Positions 1 to 8,871 of a stretch of 64,000 nt of DNA are shown here, in pieces. Source of the DNA: an uncultured Actinomycetes bacterium (GTDB lineage: Bacteria; Actinomycetota; Acidimicrobiia; IMCC26256; PALSA-555); contig CAIUKV010000251.1 of NCBI GenBank assembly GCA_903899845.1, forward strand, positions 5,970 to 69,969, given 5' to 3'. The stretch's first letter is position 1, and each line of letters begins with the position of its first letter. The notes beneath the pieces were generated by a model that was not told the origin of the DNA, made no database searches, and saw only the letters and a list, made by a program, of their open reading frames with translations. The position numbers and the translations under genes were made by a program.

Positions 1-233
1 GGGAGGATGCGGTACCCGATCTCGCCCCCGAGGGAGTCGACCGGGCCCACGGTGATCGGGATGCCGAGCTCGCGCAGGGTCTCCTTGTCGCGCTCGAACT
101 GCCGGCGGCGCGACGCGAGCTCCTCGGGGTAGCCCGGCTCGAGCCGGTCGGCGAGCTCGTCGAGCGTGAGCGGTCGCCGGGTGTCGAGCAGGGTCGCCGT
201 GAGGTTGATGAGGCGCTCGAGTCGCTCGCTCAC
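1..233 (-). CDS. PafB/PafC-family WYL-type HTH regulator (N-terminal part; gene runs off the window edge)
   Basis: Reverse translation from GTG at 231-233 gives VSERLERLINLTATLLDTRRPLTLDELADRLEPGYPEELASRRRQFERDKETLRELGIPI. This resembles the wHTH N-terminus of proteasome accessory factors B/C. GTGA overlap with the upstream DUF3866 stop. Lies downstream of pafA as in the known paf operon. Confidence 0.7.
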   Translation of the reverse strand, partial: MSERLERLINLTATLLDTRRPLTLDELADRLEPGYPEELASRRRQFERDKETLRELGIPITVGPVDSLGGEIGYRIL

Positions 234-1309
234 GGGCGGGTCCCCGGAGGCGCGAGCCGATCGGCGGCGACCGAGCCGGCGGCGGCCGCGGCCTCGAACA
301 GGACCGGGTCGGCGGCGGCGGGCCGGCCCATCGACACCACCGAGAGGTCGGCCGCGGCCAGCAGGGCGAGGGCGTCGGGGGGTGCGACGTCGACGAGGTC
401 GTGGCGGTCGGCGATGCCGGCCTCGGCGAGGTCGGCGCGGATGCGGGCCTCGGCGTCGCCGCCGACGCAGGGCACGGGCACGACCACCCGGGACCGGGTC
501 GCCAGGCGCAGCGCGGTGAGGCTGTGGTGGGAGACGCCGAGGTGCCGCGGACGGGGGTCGGCGAAGGAGACCCGGAGGCAGGCGATGGGCACCCCGCCGA
601 GGGCAGTGGCCGCGTCGAGGATGGGGCCGACCTCGAGGCCGGAGAACCCGAGCCGGGTGTTGGTGCCGACGATGCCGGGGCCCATCGCGACGACGGCGAC
701 ATCGGCCTCGGCGACGTGACGGGCGACCACGAGGGCGGAGAACACCGACACCGCCTCGTAGTCACCGCCGAAGGCGTGGCCGTAGGTGACGGTGGCGTCG
801 AGGAGGTCCCGGTCCCGCAGGGCCGCGACCAGGTCCGAGAGGGCGAGGGGCAGGCCGGCGCCGTCGCTCATGACGTAGGCGATCCGGGCGGTGGGCCGGG
901 CGGCCCGGATCGCCACCACCACCGCCGGCACCTGGCTGTGGAGGGCGGCGGCCACCACCGGCATCCCGTCGATCGACTCGGCCTCGGCCAGCGCGGCGAG
1001 GTGCTCCTCGGTGCTCCCGACGTCGGCCTGCAGGCTGGTGTAGCGCCCCTTGATGATGTGCCCGGGCCCCCGCTCCTGCCAGTCGCCCCGGGCCAGGTTC
1101 CAGTGGACCACGTGCCAGCCGCCGGTCCCGAGGCCGAGCTCCACGGCCGTGGTGTTCACGACGACCCGGTCGCCCGCGTCGACCCGACCGGTGAGCTGGG
1201 TCAGGACGTAGGCCCGCTCCGGACCGTCGCCGAGGTCGACCTCGACCCGCTGGAGACCGGTGCGCTCCTCGAGCAGGCGCACGACGGGACCGGTTCGGAA
1301 CGACGGCAT
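230..1309 (-). CDS. DUF3866-family protein (unknown function) embedded in the paf operon
   Basis: 359-aa ORF with saturated GC3. The sequence (HIIKGRYTSLQADV, MSDGAGLPLALSDLV, AMGPGIVGTNTRLGFSG) matches my recollection of DUF3866. Starts 13 nt after the pafA stop and is GTGA-coupled to pafB/C. Confidence 0.75.
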   Translation of the reverse strand: MPSFRTGPVVRLLEERTGLQRVEVDLGDGPERAYVLTQLTGRVDAGDRVVVNTTAVELGLGTGGWHVVHWNLARGDWQERGPGHIIKGRYTSLQADVGSTEEHLAALAEAESIDGMPVVAAALHSQVPAVVVAIRAARPTARIAYVMSDGAGLPLALSDLVAALRDRDLLDATVTYGHAFGGDYEAVSVFSALVVARHVAEADVAVVAMGPGIVGTNTRLGFSGLEVGPILDAATALGGVPIACLRVSFADPRPRHLGVSHHSLTALRLATRSRVVVPVPCVGGDAEARIRADLAEAGIADRHDLVDVAPPDALALLAAADLSVVSMGRPAAADPVLFEAAAAAGSVAADRLAPPGTRP

Positions 1310-1322
1310 CGCCGACCCGGGA

Positions 1323-2681
1323 TCAGAGGGAGGCGATGAGGCGCTCGACCCGCTCGTCGCGCGCCTTGAACGGGTCCTTGCACAGCACCGTCCGCTGCGC
1401 CTGGTCGTTGAGCTTCAGGTGCACCCAGTCGACCGTGTAGTCGCGCTTGCGCTCCTTGGCCCGCTTGATGAAGGCGCCGCGCAGCCGGGCGCGCGTGGTC
1501 TGGGGCGGCGTGTGCATCGCGTTGTCGATGGCGTCGTCGTCGACCATCCGGTCGAGCTGACCGCGGCGCTCCATGAGGTAGTACAGCGACCGGGAGCGCG
1601 TGACGTCGTGGTAGGCGAGGTCGACCAGCGCGACCCGCGGACTCGTGAGCGCGAGGTCGTGGCGCTCGCGGAACGCCTCGATCAGGTGGTACTTGATCAC
1701 CCAGTCGACCTCGGTGCGGAGCTTGAGCGGGTCGTTCTCGAGGTGGGTCATCACGTGCTCCCACATGTCGAGCGCCTGCTGCTCCTCCGGGCCGAGCCCG
1801 TACTTCTTGGCGAAGGTCAGGGCCCGCTCCAGGTACTCGCTCTGGATCTCGACCGCCGACAGCTCGCGCCCGTTGGCGAGCCGCACCCGGCGACGGCAGG
1901 TCATGTCATGACTGATCTCGCGGATGGCCCGGATCGGGTTCTCGAGGCTGAGATCGCGCCACGGGGTGGGATCCTCCTCGAGGATCCGCAGCAGGATCGA
2001 GGTCGCCCCGGTCTTGAGGAACGTCGCGTACTCGCTCATGTTGGAGTCGCCGACGATCACGTGGAGGCGCCGGAACCGCTCGGCGTCGGCGTGGGGCTCG
2101 TCGCGGGTGTTGATGATCGGCCGGGACCGCGTGGTGGCGCTGGAGACGCCCTCCCAGATGTGCTCGGCCCGCTGGCTCACGCAGTACATGGCCCCGCGCG
2201 CGGTCTGGAGCACCTTGCCCGCGCCGGCGTACACCTGCCGCGACACGAGGAACGGGATCAGGACGTCGGTGAATCGGCTGAAGTCCCCGTCGCGCTCGAC
2301 GAGGTAGTTCTCGTGGCATCCGTAGGAGTTGCCCGCCGAGTCGGTGTTGTTCTTGAACAGGTAGACCTCGCCCCGGATCCCCTCCTCGCGCAGTCGCTGC
2401 TCGGCGCTGCGCACGAGCGCCTCGAGGATCCGCTCGCCGGCCTTGTCGTGGACCACGAGATCGGTGATCGAGTCGCACTCGGGCGTGGCGTACTCGGGGT
2501 GGCTCCCGACGTCGAGGTAGAGCCGGGCACCGTTCTCGAGGAAGACGTTGCTGGACCGTCCCCACGAGACCACCCGGCGGAAGAGGTAGCGGGCGACTTC
2601 GTCGGGGCTCAGACGGCGCTGGCCCCGCAGCGTGCAGGTGACTCCGTACTCGTTCTCGAGTCCGAAGATCCGCCGCTCCAT
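1323..2681 (-). CDS. pafA: Pup--protein ligase PafA
   Basis: From the internal ATG: [17 protein letters not shown]...[48 protein letters not shown], close to mycobacterial PafA. About 452 aa. The upstream part of the track ORF (to 2855) overlaps the divergent gene and looks non-coding. Confidence 0.95.
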   Translation of the reverse strand: MERRIFGLENEYGVTCTLRGQRRLSPDEVARYLFRRVVSWGRSSNVFLENGARLYLDVGSHPEYATPECDSITDLVVHDKAGERILEALVRSAEQRLREEGIRGEVYLFKNNTDSAGNSYGCHENYLVERDGDFSRFTDVLIPFLVSRQVYAGAGKVLQTARGAMYCVSQRAEHIWEGVSSATTRSRPIINTRDEPHADAERFRRLHVIVGDSNMSEYATFLKTGATSILLRILEEDPTPWRDLSLENPIRAIREISHDMTCRRRVRLANGRELSAVEIQSEYLERALTFAKKYGLGPEEQQALDMWEHVMTHLENDPLKLRTEVDWVIKYHLIEAFRERHDLALTSPRVALVDLAYHDVTRSRSLYYLMERRGQLDRMVDDDAIDNAMHTPPQTTRARLRGAFIKRAKERKRDYTVDWVHLKLNDQAQRTVLCKDPFKARDERVERLIASL

Positions 2682-2687
2682 GGACGA

Positions 2688-2693
2688 AGCGTA
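2688..2693 (-). promoter_or_regulatory. -10-like box TACGCT, 6 nt upstream of the pafA ATG (leaderless candidate)
   Basis: Minus-strand sequence ggTACGCTtcgtccATG. Only 46 nt separate the divergent pafA and DUF2007-like starts. Confidence 0.4.
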
Positions 2694-2715
2694 CCGGGGT
2701 GCCGCCGGGTGCGCG

Positions 2716-2721
2716 TAGCAT
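2716..2721 (+). promoter_or_regulatory. -10-like box TAGCAT, 6 nt upstream of the GTG at 2728 (leaderless candidate)
   Basis: gcgcgTAGCATcgggcgGTG on the plus strand. Confidence 0.4.
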
Positions 2722-2727
2722 CGGGCG

Positions 2728-3072
2728 GTGCCCCCGCTCGTCGCCCTGACGACCGTCCACGGCTCGTTCACGGCCCACGTGCTCGCGGCCCGTCTCGGGT
2801 GCGAGGGCATCGACGTCGAGCTGCGGGGCTCGGTCGGTGGGCCGTACGGACTCACCGTGGGCGACCTGGCCCGGGTCGATCTCTACGTGCCCGAGGAGCA
2901 CCTCGACGACGCCCGTCTGGTGCTGCTGGCGTCGGAGATCGACGACGCGTTGGCGCTGCCCGACCCCTCGGTGGCGGCGCCGCGTCCACGGACCGCCTGG
3001 GTGTGGGCCGCCGTGCTCGCGCTGGTGGTCGCCGCGATCGGGACGCCGATCCTGCGCCTCCTCGCCGACTGA
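2728..3072 (+). CDS. Small DUF2007-like (putative signal-transducing) protein with a C-terminal TM helix
   Basis: 114 aa, GC3 near 100%. [29 protein letters not shown]...[18 protein letters not shown] resembles the DUF2007 fold pattern. C-terminal [22 protein letters not shown] is hydrophobic. Confidence 0.6.
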   Translation: MPPLVALTTVHGSFTAHVLAARLGCEGIDVELRGSVGGPYGLTVGDLARVDLYVPEEHLDDARLVLLASEIDDALALPDPSVAAPRPRTAWVWAAVLALVVAAIGTPILRLLAD

Positions 3073-3092
3073 GGCGCCCCGGCCCCGCCGGA

Positions 3093-3770
3093 TCAGCCGG
3101 CGGCGAGGACGGTGGCGAGGTCGTCACCCCGCACCCGCACGAAGGCCCGTCGGGTCCGGCGCCGGTCGAGGAAGGCGACCTCGAGGCTCGCCGCGCCGAG
3201 GGTCTCGCCCTCCAGCGCGAGGGCGCCCGCCCCGAGGCGGATCGCCCCGTCGCGGTCGAGGTCGGCACCCACCTGCGGGCGCAGGTGGTCGGCGATGGCC
3301 TCGGCCTGCCCGCCCAGCACCGTGAAGCCCTGCTCGTCCATGACGGTGCCGTCGTAGAGGATGTGGAACAGCTCGTCGTCGTCGGGGCGCTCCCCCACCT
3401 GCGCGACGAGGATCTCGACCTCGTAGGGCTTCATCTCGTGGGTGAAGACCTGGCCGAGCGTCTGGGCGTAGGCGTTGGCCAAGGACCGCGCGTTGACGTC
3501 CTCGCGGGCGAAGGAGTAGCCCTTGACGTCGGCCTGACGGACCCCGGCGATGCGCAGCATCTCGAACTCGTTGTACTTGCCGACGCCGGCGAACGCGATG
3601 CGGTCGTAGATCTCGCTGATCTTGTTGAGCATGCGCGAGGGGTTCTCGGCCACGATGACGATGCCGTCGGTGGTGCTGAAGGCGACGAGGCTGCGGCCCC
3701 GGGCGATGCCCTTGCGGGCGTAGTCGGCCCGGTCCTTCATCACCTGCTCGGGCGAGACGTAGAAGGGCAT
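3093..3770 (-). CDS. prcA: 20S proteasome alpha subunit
   Basis: From the internal ATG (cat at 3768-3770): MPFYVSPEQVMKDRADYARKGIARGRSLVAFSTTDGIVIVAENPS...KISEIYDRIAFAGVGKYNEFE. Starts 2 nt after the prcB stop. Confidence 0.95.
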   Translation of the reverse strand: MPFYVSPEQVMKDRADYARKGIARGRSLVAFSTTDGIVIVAENPSRMLNKISEIYDRIAFAGVGKYNEFEMLRIAGVRQADVKGYSFAREDVNARSLANAYAQTLGQVFTHEMKPYEVEILVAQVGERPDDDELFHILYDGTVMDEQGFTVLGGQAEAIADHLRPQVGADLDRDGAIRLGAGALALEGETLGAASLEVAFLDRRRTRRAFVRVRGDDLATVLAAG

Positions 3771-3772
3771 GC

Positions 3773-4585
3773 TCACAGGCCCGCTCCTTCCTCGCGGCCG
3801 CCGAGCAGCGCCTCGGCCCGGGTCCCGATCTCCTCGACCTCGAGGGCGTGGTACCCGGCGGCGTCGATGGTGGCGACCACCGGGAAGATGCGCCGGACGA
3901 GGTCGGGTCCACCGGTGGCGGAGTCCTCGTCGGCGGCGGCGAACAGCGCCCGCAGGGCGAGGTCGACGGCGGCGTCGCGCGACATGTCCTGGGTCCACTG
4001 GGCCTTGATCCAGTTCCGGGCGTGGATGCCGCCGGATCCCGTGGCCTGGAAGTCGGCCTCCTCGTACTTGCCGCCGGTGGCGTCGTAGGAGAACACCCGG
4101 CCGCGGTCGCGGCGCTCGTCGAAGCCGGCGAACAGGGGCACCACCACGAAGCCCTGCATGGCGGCGGGCAGGTTCGCCCGCACCAGGCCCGCGAGCTGGT
4201 TGGCCTTGCCCTCGAGGCTCAGCGGCTCACCCTCGATCTTCTCGTAGTGCTCGAGCTGCACCTGGAACAGGCGGACCAGCTCGACCGCGGGACCGGCCGC
4301 CCCGGCGATGGCCACGCCGGAGAAGTCGTCGGCGGGGAACACCTTCTCGATCCGCCGGCTGGCGATGAGGCTGCCGGCGGTCGCCCGGCGGTCACCCGCC
4401 ATCACCACGCCACGGTCGTAGCGGATCGCCACGATGGTGGTGCCGTGGGTGACCTCGGTCCCGAGCGTGCCGGTGCCGGCGGTCGCGCCGGGCACCTTGT
4501 CGGGGGCGACGCGGCGCAGCAGGTCGACGAAGGAGGCGCCGGGATCGGTGCCGGCGGCGAAGAAGGGCAGCGGGCTGTCGTTCAC
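3773..4585 (-). CDS. prcB: 20S proteasome beta subunit (about 48-aa propeptide, predicted Thr1 at HG/TTIVA)
   Basis: 270 aa. THGTTIVAIRYDRGVVMAGDRRATAGSLIASRRIEKVF is a typical PrcB active-site region. Confidence 0.95.
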   Translation of the reverse strand: MNDSPLPFFAAGTDPGASFVDLLRRVAPDKVPGATAGTGTLGTEVTHGTTIVAIRYDRGVVMAGDRRATAGSLIASRRIEKVFPADDFSGVAIAGAAGPAVELVRLFQVQLEHYEKIEGEPLSLEGKANQLAGLVRANLPAAMQGFVVVPLFAGFDERRDRGRVFSYDATGGKYEEADFQATGSGGIHARNWIKAQWTQDMSRDAAVDLALRALFAAADEDSATGGPDLVRRIFPVVATIDAAGYHALEVEEIGTRAEALLGGREEGAGL

Positions 4586-4616
4586 GAGCCGAGGAGCCTA
4601 CCCGGGCGCCGCCGGG

Positions 4617-4811
4617 TCACTCGCCGCCCTTCTGCACGTAGCTCTTGACGAACTCCTCGGCGTTCTCCTCGAGGACCTCGTCGATCTCGTCGAGCAGGTC
4701 GTCGAGCTCGGACTTGAGCTTCTCGCCCCGCTCGGTCGGGGCGGCGACCGCGGCCTCCTCCCCCACCCGCTCGCGCGGGGCGGGTCGCTGCTTGCGCTGC
4801 TGCTCGGGCAT
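4617..4811 (-). CDS. pup: Prokaryotic ubiquitin-like protein Pup, ending in GGE
   Basis: 64 aa: ...[29 protein letters not shown]. Strong SD (GAGGAGG) 4 nt upstream of the ATG. Lies between dop and prcB. Confidence 0.95.
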   Translation of the reverse strand: MPEQQRKQRPAPRERVGEEAAVAAPTERGEKLKSELDDLLDEIDEVLEENAEEFVKSYVQKGGE

Positions 4812-4894
4812 CGGACCTCCTCGGCTCCTTCAGCGGGGACGACGGCGGATCGGCCGCCACCCATGGGTTAGCACGTCGCTGCCTCCGGACCGGG

Positions 4895-6382
4895 TCACGA
4901 GGCCAGCCGGGCCACGAGGTCCGCGGGCGTGCGGGCCTGGTCGAGGAGCGCCTCGACGTGCACCCGGCTCCCCCGCAGCGGCTCCATCATCGGGATGCGC
5001 TTGAGGGGGTCGGTGCCCACGTCGAGGATGATGCTGTCCCAGTTGGCGGCGACCACGGCGTCGGGCCAGCGCTCCAGGCAGCGGCCCCGGAAGTACGCCC
5101 GGGTGCTCGCCGGCGGGTCGGTGATCGCCGCGGTGACCGCGTCCTCGTCGACGAGGCGCTCGACCGTGCCGGCGGCGACCAGCCGCTCGTACAGGGAGCG
5201 CTCGGGCCGGACGTCGTGGTACTGGAGGTCGAGGAGGGCGAGTTTCGGGTCGCCCCAGGCGAGCCCGTCGCGCGCGACGTACGCCTCCAGGAGCCGCAGC
5301 TTGGTGACCCAGTCGAGCTGGCCGTCGAGGGTCATGGGGTCGGCCTCGAGCGCGGTGAGGGTGCGCTCCCAGCGGTCGAGCACGAGGCCCCCGACCGCGG
5401 TGCCGCCGCAGGCTTCGAGGCCCGATCGGTCGGCGTACGCGCGGGCGAGGCGGAGGAACTCCCACTGCAGCTCCACCGCGGTGCACCGGCTGCCGTCGAC
5501 GAGCTCGACCGTGGCCCGGCAGGTCGGGTCGTGCGAGACCGACCGCATCGCCGCGACGGGGGTGGCGAGGGCGAGGTCGGACCGGACCACCTCGTCCTCG
5601 GTCATGGCCAGCACGATGGCGGTGGTGCCGACCTTCAGGAAGGTCGCGACCTCGCAGAGGTTGGCGTCACCCGCGATCACGTGGAGGCGCCGGTACCGCT
5701 GGGGGTCGGCGTGGGGCTCGTCGCGGGTGTTGACGATCGGCCGCTTGAGGGTGGTCTCGAGGCCGACCTCCTCCTCGAAGAAGTCGGCCCGCTGGCTGAT
5801 CTGGTAGCGGGCGACGCCGGCGCCGTTCTCGCTGCCGACCTTGCCTGCGCCGGTGAACACCTGGCGGCTGACGAACCACGGCAGCAGCACGCGCACCAGG
5901 TGGGCGAACGGGACCGCCCGGTCCACGAGGTAGTTCTCGTGGGTCCCGTAGCTGTTGCCCTTGCCGTCGGAGTTGTTCTTGTAGACGACGATCTCCTGGC
6001 CGGGATCGAGCAGCCGGTTGGCCGCCCGCATCGACCGGGCCAGGATCCGCTCGCCCGCCTTGTCGGCGACGACGAGCTCGAGGGCGTCGAGGCACTCCGG
6101 CGTGGAGTACTCGGGGTGCGCGTGGTCCACGTAGTACCGGGCGCCGTTCGTGAGCACGGTGTTGACGAGGTGGGTCTCCACCTCGGGGGCCATGGCGCCC
6201 TCACGGGCCGCGCCGCGGGCGTCGCGGTCGGGAGACTCGTCCTCGAAGTCCCAGCCCACGCGGCGCTGCTCGACGTAGCCGTTGATCAGGAGCGACGACG
6301 CCAGCACCGGGTTGGGGTCGGCCGCCCCCCGCAGGACGACCCCGTACTCCGTCTCGATGCCGCAGACCTTGGGGATCGCCAC
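4895..6382 (-). CDS. dop: Pup deamidase/depupylase Dop
   Basis: GTG at 6380-6382 gives VAIPKVCGIETEYGVV..., a PafA/Dop carboxylate-amine ligase fold (YYVDHAHPEYSTPEC, NNSDGKGNSYGTHENY). About 495 aa, immediately upstream of pup. The upstream track ORF extension overlaps the mpa end. Confidence 0.92.
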   Translation of the reverse strand: MAIPKVCGIETEYGVVLRGAADPNPVLASSLLINGYVEQRRVGWDFEDESPDRDARGAAREGAMAPEVETHLVNTVLTNGARYYVDHAHPEYSTPECLDALELVVADKAGERILARSMRAANRLLDPGQEIVVYKNNSDGKGNSYGTHENYLVDRAVPFAHLVRVLLPWFVSRQVFTGAGKVGSENGAGVARYQISQRADFFEEEVGLETTLKRPIVNTRDEPHADPQRYRRLHVIAGDANLCEVATFLKVGTTAIVLAMTEDEVVRSDLALATPVAAMRSVSHDPTCRATVELVDGSRCTAVELQWEFLRLARAYADRSGLEACGGTAVGGLVLDRWERTLTALEADPMTLDGQLDWVTKLRLLEAYVARDGLAWGDPKLALLDLQYHDVRPERSLYERLVAAGTVERLVDEDAVTAAITDPPASTRAYFRGRCLERWPDAVVAANWDSIILDVGTDPLKRIPMMEPLRGSRVHVEALLDQARTPADLVARLAS

Positions 6383-6428
6383 GGCACCGAGCCTACCGGG
6401 GCGGTCGGACGGCCCGACCCGGCGCGCG

Positions 6429-8207
6429 CTAGAGGTACTGGCCGGTGGTGATCCGCTCGATCTGGCGACCGCCGCCCTCGGTCTCGCCCCGGTTGACGAG
6501 GGTGCGCACGAAGACGATGCGCTCACCCTTCTTGCCCGAGATCTTCGCCCAGTCGTCGGGGTTCGTCGTGTTGGGGAGGTCCTCGTGCTCCTTGAACTCC
6601 TGGCGCACGGAGGCGAGGAGGTCGGCGGTGCAGATCCCCTTGGCGCCACCGTCGATCTGACGCTTGATCGACAGCTTCTTCGAGCGGCGCACGATGTTCT
6701 CGATCATTGCGCCCGACGAGAAGTCCTTGAAGAACAGGACCTCCTTGTCGCCGTTCTGGTACGTGACCTCGAGGAAGCGGTTGTCGTCGTCGACGGCGTA
6801 CATGCGGTCGACGGCGGCGTCGATCATCGCCCGCACGGCCCCGGCCGGGCTCCCCGCGCTCGCCACCTCGTCCTGGGCGATGGGGAGCGACGCCGTGAGG
6901 TAGCAGGCGAAGATCTTGCGGGCCGAGTCGGGGTCGGGCCGCTCGATCTTGATCTTCACGTCGAGGCGGCCCGGGCGCAGGATCGCCGGGTCGATCAGGT
7001 CCTCGCGGTTGGAGGCGCCGATGACGATGACGTTGCGCAGGCTCTCGACCCCGTCGATCTCGGCGAGCAGCTGCGGGACGATCGTGCTCTCGATGTCGGA
7101 CGAGATGCCGGTGCCCCGGGTGCGGAAGAGCGAGTCCATCTCGTCGAAGAAGACGATGACGGGCACGCCCTCCTCCGACTTCTCGCGGGCGCGCTGGAAG
7201 ATCAGCCGGATCTGGCGCTCGGTCTCGCCGACGTACTTGTTGAGCAGCTCGGGGCCCTTGATGTTCAGGAAGTAGGAGCGCTGCGACGAGTTGCCGGTGC
7301 GCTCGGCGACGCGCTTGGCCAGGGAGTTCGCGACCGCCTTGGCGATCAGCGTCTTGCCGCACCCGGGCGGGCCGTAGAGCAGGATCCCCTTGGGCGGCTC
7401 GAGCTGGTGCTCGGTGAACAGGTCGGCGTAGAGGTACGGCAGCTCGACTGCGTCCTTGATCAGCTCGATCTGGTCGTCGAGGCCACCGATGTCCTCGTAG
7501 TTGACGTCGGGCACCTCCTCCAGCACGAGCTCCTCGACCTCGGGCCGCGGCAGCCGCTCGACGATGAGATCGGAGCGCACGTCGAGCAGGAGGTGGTCGC
7601 CCGCCCGCAGGCGCTGCCCGACCATCGGCCCGGCCAGCTCGCACACCCGCTCCTCGTCGGCCCGACCGACCACGAGGGCCCGACGCTCGTCCTCGAGGAG
7701 CTCCTTGAGGACGACGACCTCCCCCGCCACCTCGAGGCCGCGGGCGAGCACGACGTTGAGCGACTCGTTGAGGGCCACCTCCTGGCCCCGCTCGAGCGCC
7801 TCGACGTCGACGTCGGGGTGGACCGAGACCCGCATCTTGCGCCCGGCGCTCAGCACGTCGACGCTGCCGTCGTCGTTGCAGCCGAGGAAGGTGCCGTAGG
7901 CCGCCGGGGGCATGGTCAGCTTCTCGACCTCCTCCCGGAGCGCGGCGATGTGCTCACGCGCCTCGCGCAGGGTGGCCGAGAGGCGCTCGTTCTGGGCGAT
8001 GGCCTGGGCGAGCTGCCCCTTGGTCTCGAGCAGGCGCTCCTCCAGGGTCCGGACCCGCTTCGGCGCGTCCTGAAGCCGGCGCCGCAGCACGGCGATCTCG
8101 GCCTCGAGCGCGTGGAACTGCTCGACCAGTCCGGGATCCGGGGCCTGCGGACCGGGCAGGTCGGGGTCCGGGGCGCCCGGACCGGTCGGTGCTGCTCCCT
8201 GGGCCAC
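6429..8207 (-). CDS. mpa: Proteasome-associated AAA+ ATPase Mpa/ARC
   Basis: Coiled-coil N-terminus. Walker A is GPPGCGKT. C-terminal ...ITTGQYL is a penultimate-Tyr proteasome docking motif. Start chosen at GTG 8205-8207, 9 nt after GAGGAGG. Confidence 0.95.
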   Translation of the reverse strand: MAQGAAPTGPGAPDPDLPGPQAPDPGLVEQFHALEAEIAVLRRRLQDAPKRVRTLEERLLETKGQLAQAIAQNERLSATLREAREHIAALREEVEKLTMPPAAYGTFLGCNDDGSVDVLSAGRKMRVSVHPDVDVEALERGQEVALNESLNVVLARGLEVAGEVVVLKELLEDERRALVVGRADEERVCELAGPMVGQRLRAGDHLLLDVRSDLIVERLPRPEVEELVLEEVPDVNYEDIGGLDDQIELIKDAVELPYLYADLFTEHQLEPPKGILLYGPPGCGKTLIAKAVANSLAKRVAERTGNSSQRSYFLNIKGPELLNKYVGETERQIRLIFQRAREKSEEGVPVIVFFDEMDSLFRTRGTGISSDIESTIVPQLLAEIDGVESLRNVIVIGASNREDLIDPAILRPGRLDVKIKIERPDPDSARKIFACYLTASLPIAQDEVASAGSPAGAVRAMIDAAVDRMYAVDDDNRFLEVTYQNGDKEVLFFKDFSSGAMIENIVRRSKKLSIKRQIDGGAKGICTADLLASVRQEFKEHEDLPNTTNPDDWAKISGKKGERIVFVRTLVNRGETEGGGRQIERITTGQYL

Positions 8208-8356
8208 TGCCGTGCACCTCCTCACGCCCCCGGGCCGGATGTCGTGTCGCGTGCTCGCGCCGTCGTGCTCGTGGGTCCGGCGCCGGTGCGCGGACACTAC
8301 ACGGGCCCCCGGCCGGTTCCGGTCGTTTCCCGCCGGTCGATTTCACCGGCCGATGC

Positions 8357-8385
8357 TTGAGAAATCCATGTCGGCTTGTTAGCCT
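8357..8385 (+). promoter_or_regulatory. Sigma-70-like promoter TTGAGA-N17-TAGCCT upstream of the ferredoxin gene
   Basis: gcTTGAGAaatccatgtcggcttgtTAGCCTtcgg. It is the most AT-rich patch I noticed while reading the window. It implies a leader of about 90 nt containing inverted repeats (ccgtcgg...ccgacgg; cccgg...ccggg). Confidence 0.45.
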
Positions 8386-8484
8386 TCGGCCCGTCGGCCC
8401 GCGCCGTTCGGGTCCCCGACGGAGGTCCCGGCGTCTCACCGGGCCCGCACGACCGAGCCCACCGCAACCCCACGGAGGACACCC

Positions 8485-8721
8485 ATGAAGGTCTGGATCG
8501 ACCAGGACCTCTGCACCGGCGACGGCCTGTGCGAGGAGATCGCCCCGGACGTGTTCACGCTCCTCGACGACGGCCTCGCCTACGTCAAGGAGGGCGGCAA
8601 GGTGTTCTCCGACCCGGGTGGCGCCGAGGGCGTCGCCAACGTGCCCGCGGGCATGGAAGAGGCCACGATCGAGTCGGCGGAGGAATGCCCCGGGGAGTGC
8701 ATCTTCATCGAGGTCGACTGA
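8485..8721 (+). CDS. Small single-cluster ferredoxin
   Basis: 78 aa: MKVWIDQDLCTGDGLCEEIAPDVF...ECPGECIFIEVD (CxxxxxC...CPxxC). SD GGAGG 6 nt upstream. Confidence 0.85.
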   Translation: MKVWIDQDLCTGDGLCEEIAPDVFTLLDDGLAYVKEGGKVFSDPGGAEGVANVPAGMEEATIESAEECPGECIFIEVD

Positions 8722-8730
8722 CCGGGATCC

Positions 8731-8782
8731 CCCGCGCGAGGCCGCGCGAGGCCGCGCGGGACCGAGCGGGACCGAGCGGGCC
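8731..8782. repeat. Two adjacent 10-nt tandem duplications / GC hairpin between convergent genes (terminator-like)
   Basis: cccgcgcgaggccgcgcgaggccgcgcggg then accgagcggg accgagcggg. cccgcgcg and cgcgcggg can pair. Confidence 0.4.
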
Positions 8783-8871
8783 GGGTCGACGACCTCCGCT
8801 CCCCCCGATTCCACCGATCGGCCCGGGCTCCGGCCCGGGCCGCTTCGCGTCCGGACCCGGTCGAGACCCGG

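Noticed and set aside
166-519. Arg/Pro-rich 117-aa ORF and many similar RRRR/PRPR ORFs throughout the track.
   Set aside because: These are out-of-frame readings of real genes. The composition is an artefact and no motifs are present.
1260-4088. 942-aa plus-strand ORF. Similar very long ORFs occur at 6282..8360 (+), 18907..20937 (-), 22322..24754 (-), 37812..40271 (-), 46333..48894 (-), 40070..42064 (-) and 61221..63269 (+).
   Set aside because: Each lies antisense to a gene with clear family motifs (pafA/prcAB, mpa, tkt, fbiC, FDH, NRPS-like, acylase). Their translations are low-complexity and rich in Arg, Gly, Pro and Asp/Glu. These are typical shadow ORFs of high-GC DNA, in which stop codons are rare in all frames.
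8294-8299. TAGTGT on the minus strand as a possible mpa -10 box.
   Set aside because: There is no recognisable -35 or extended -10 element, and it would give a leader of about 87 nt. The evidence is too weak to call.
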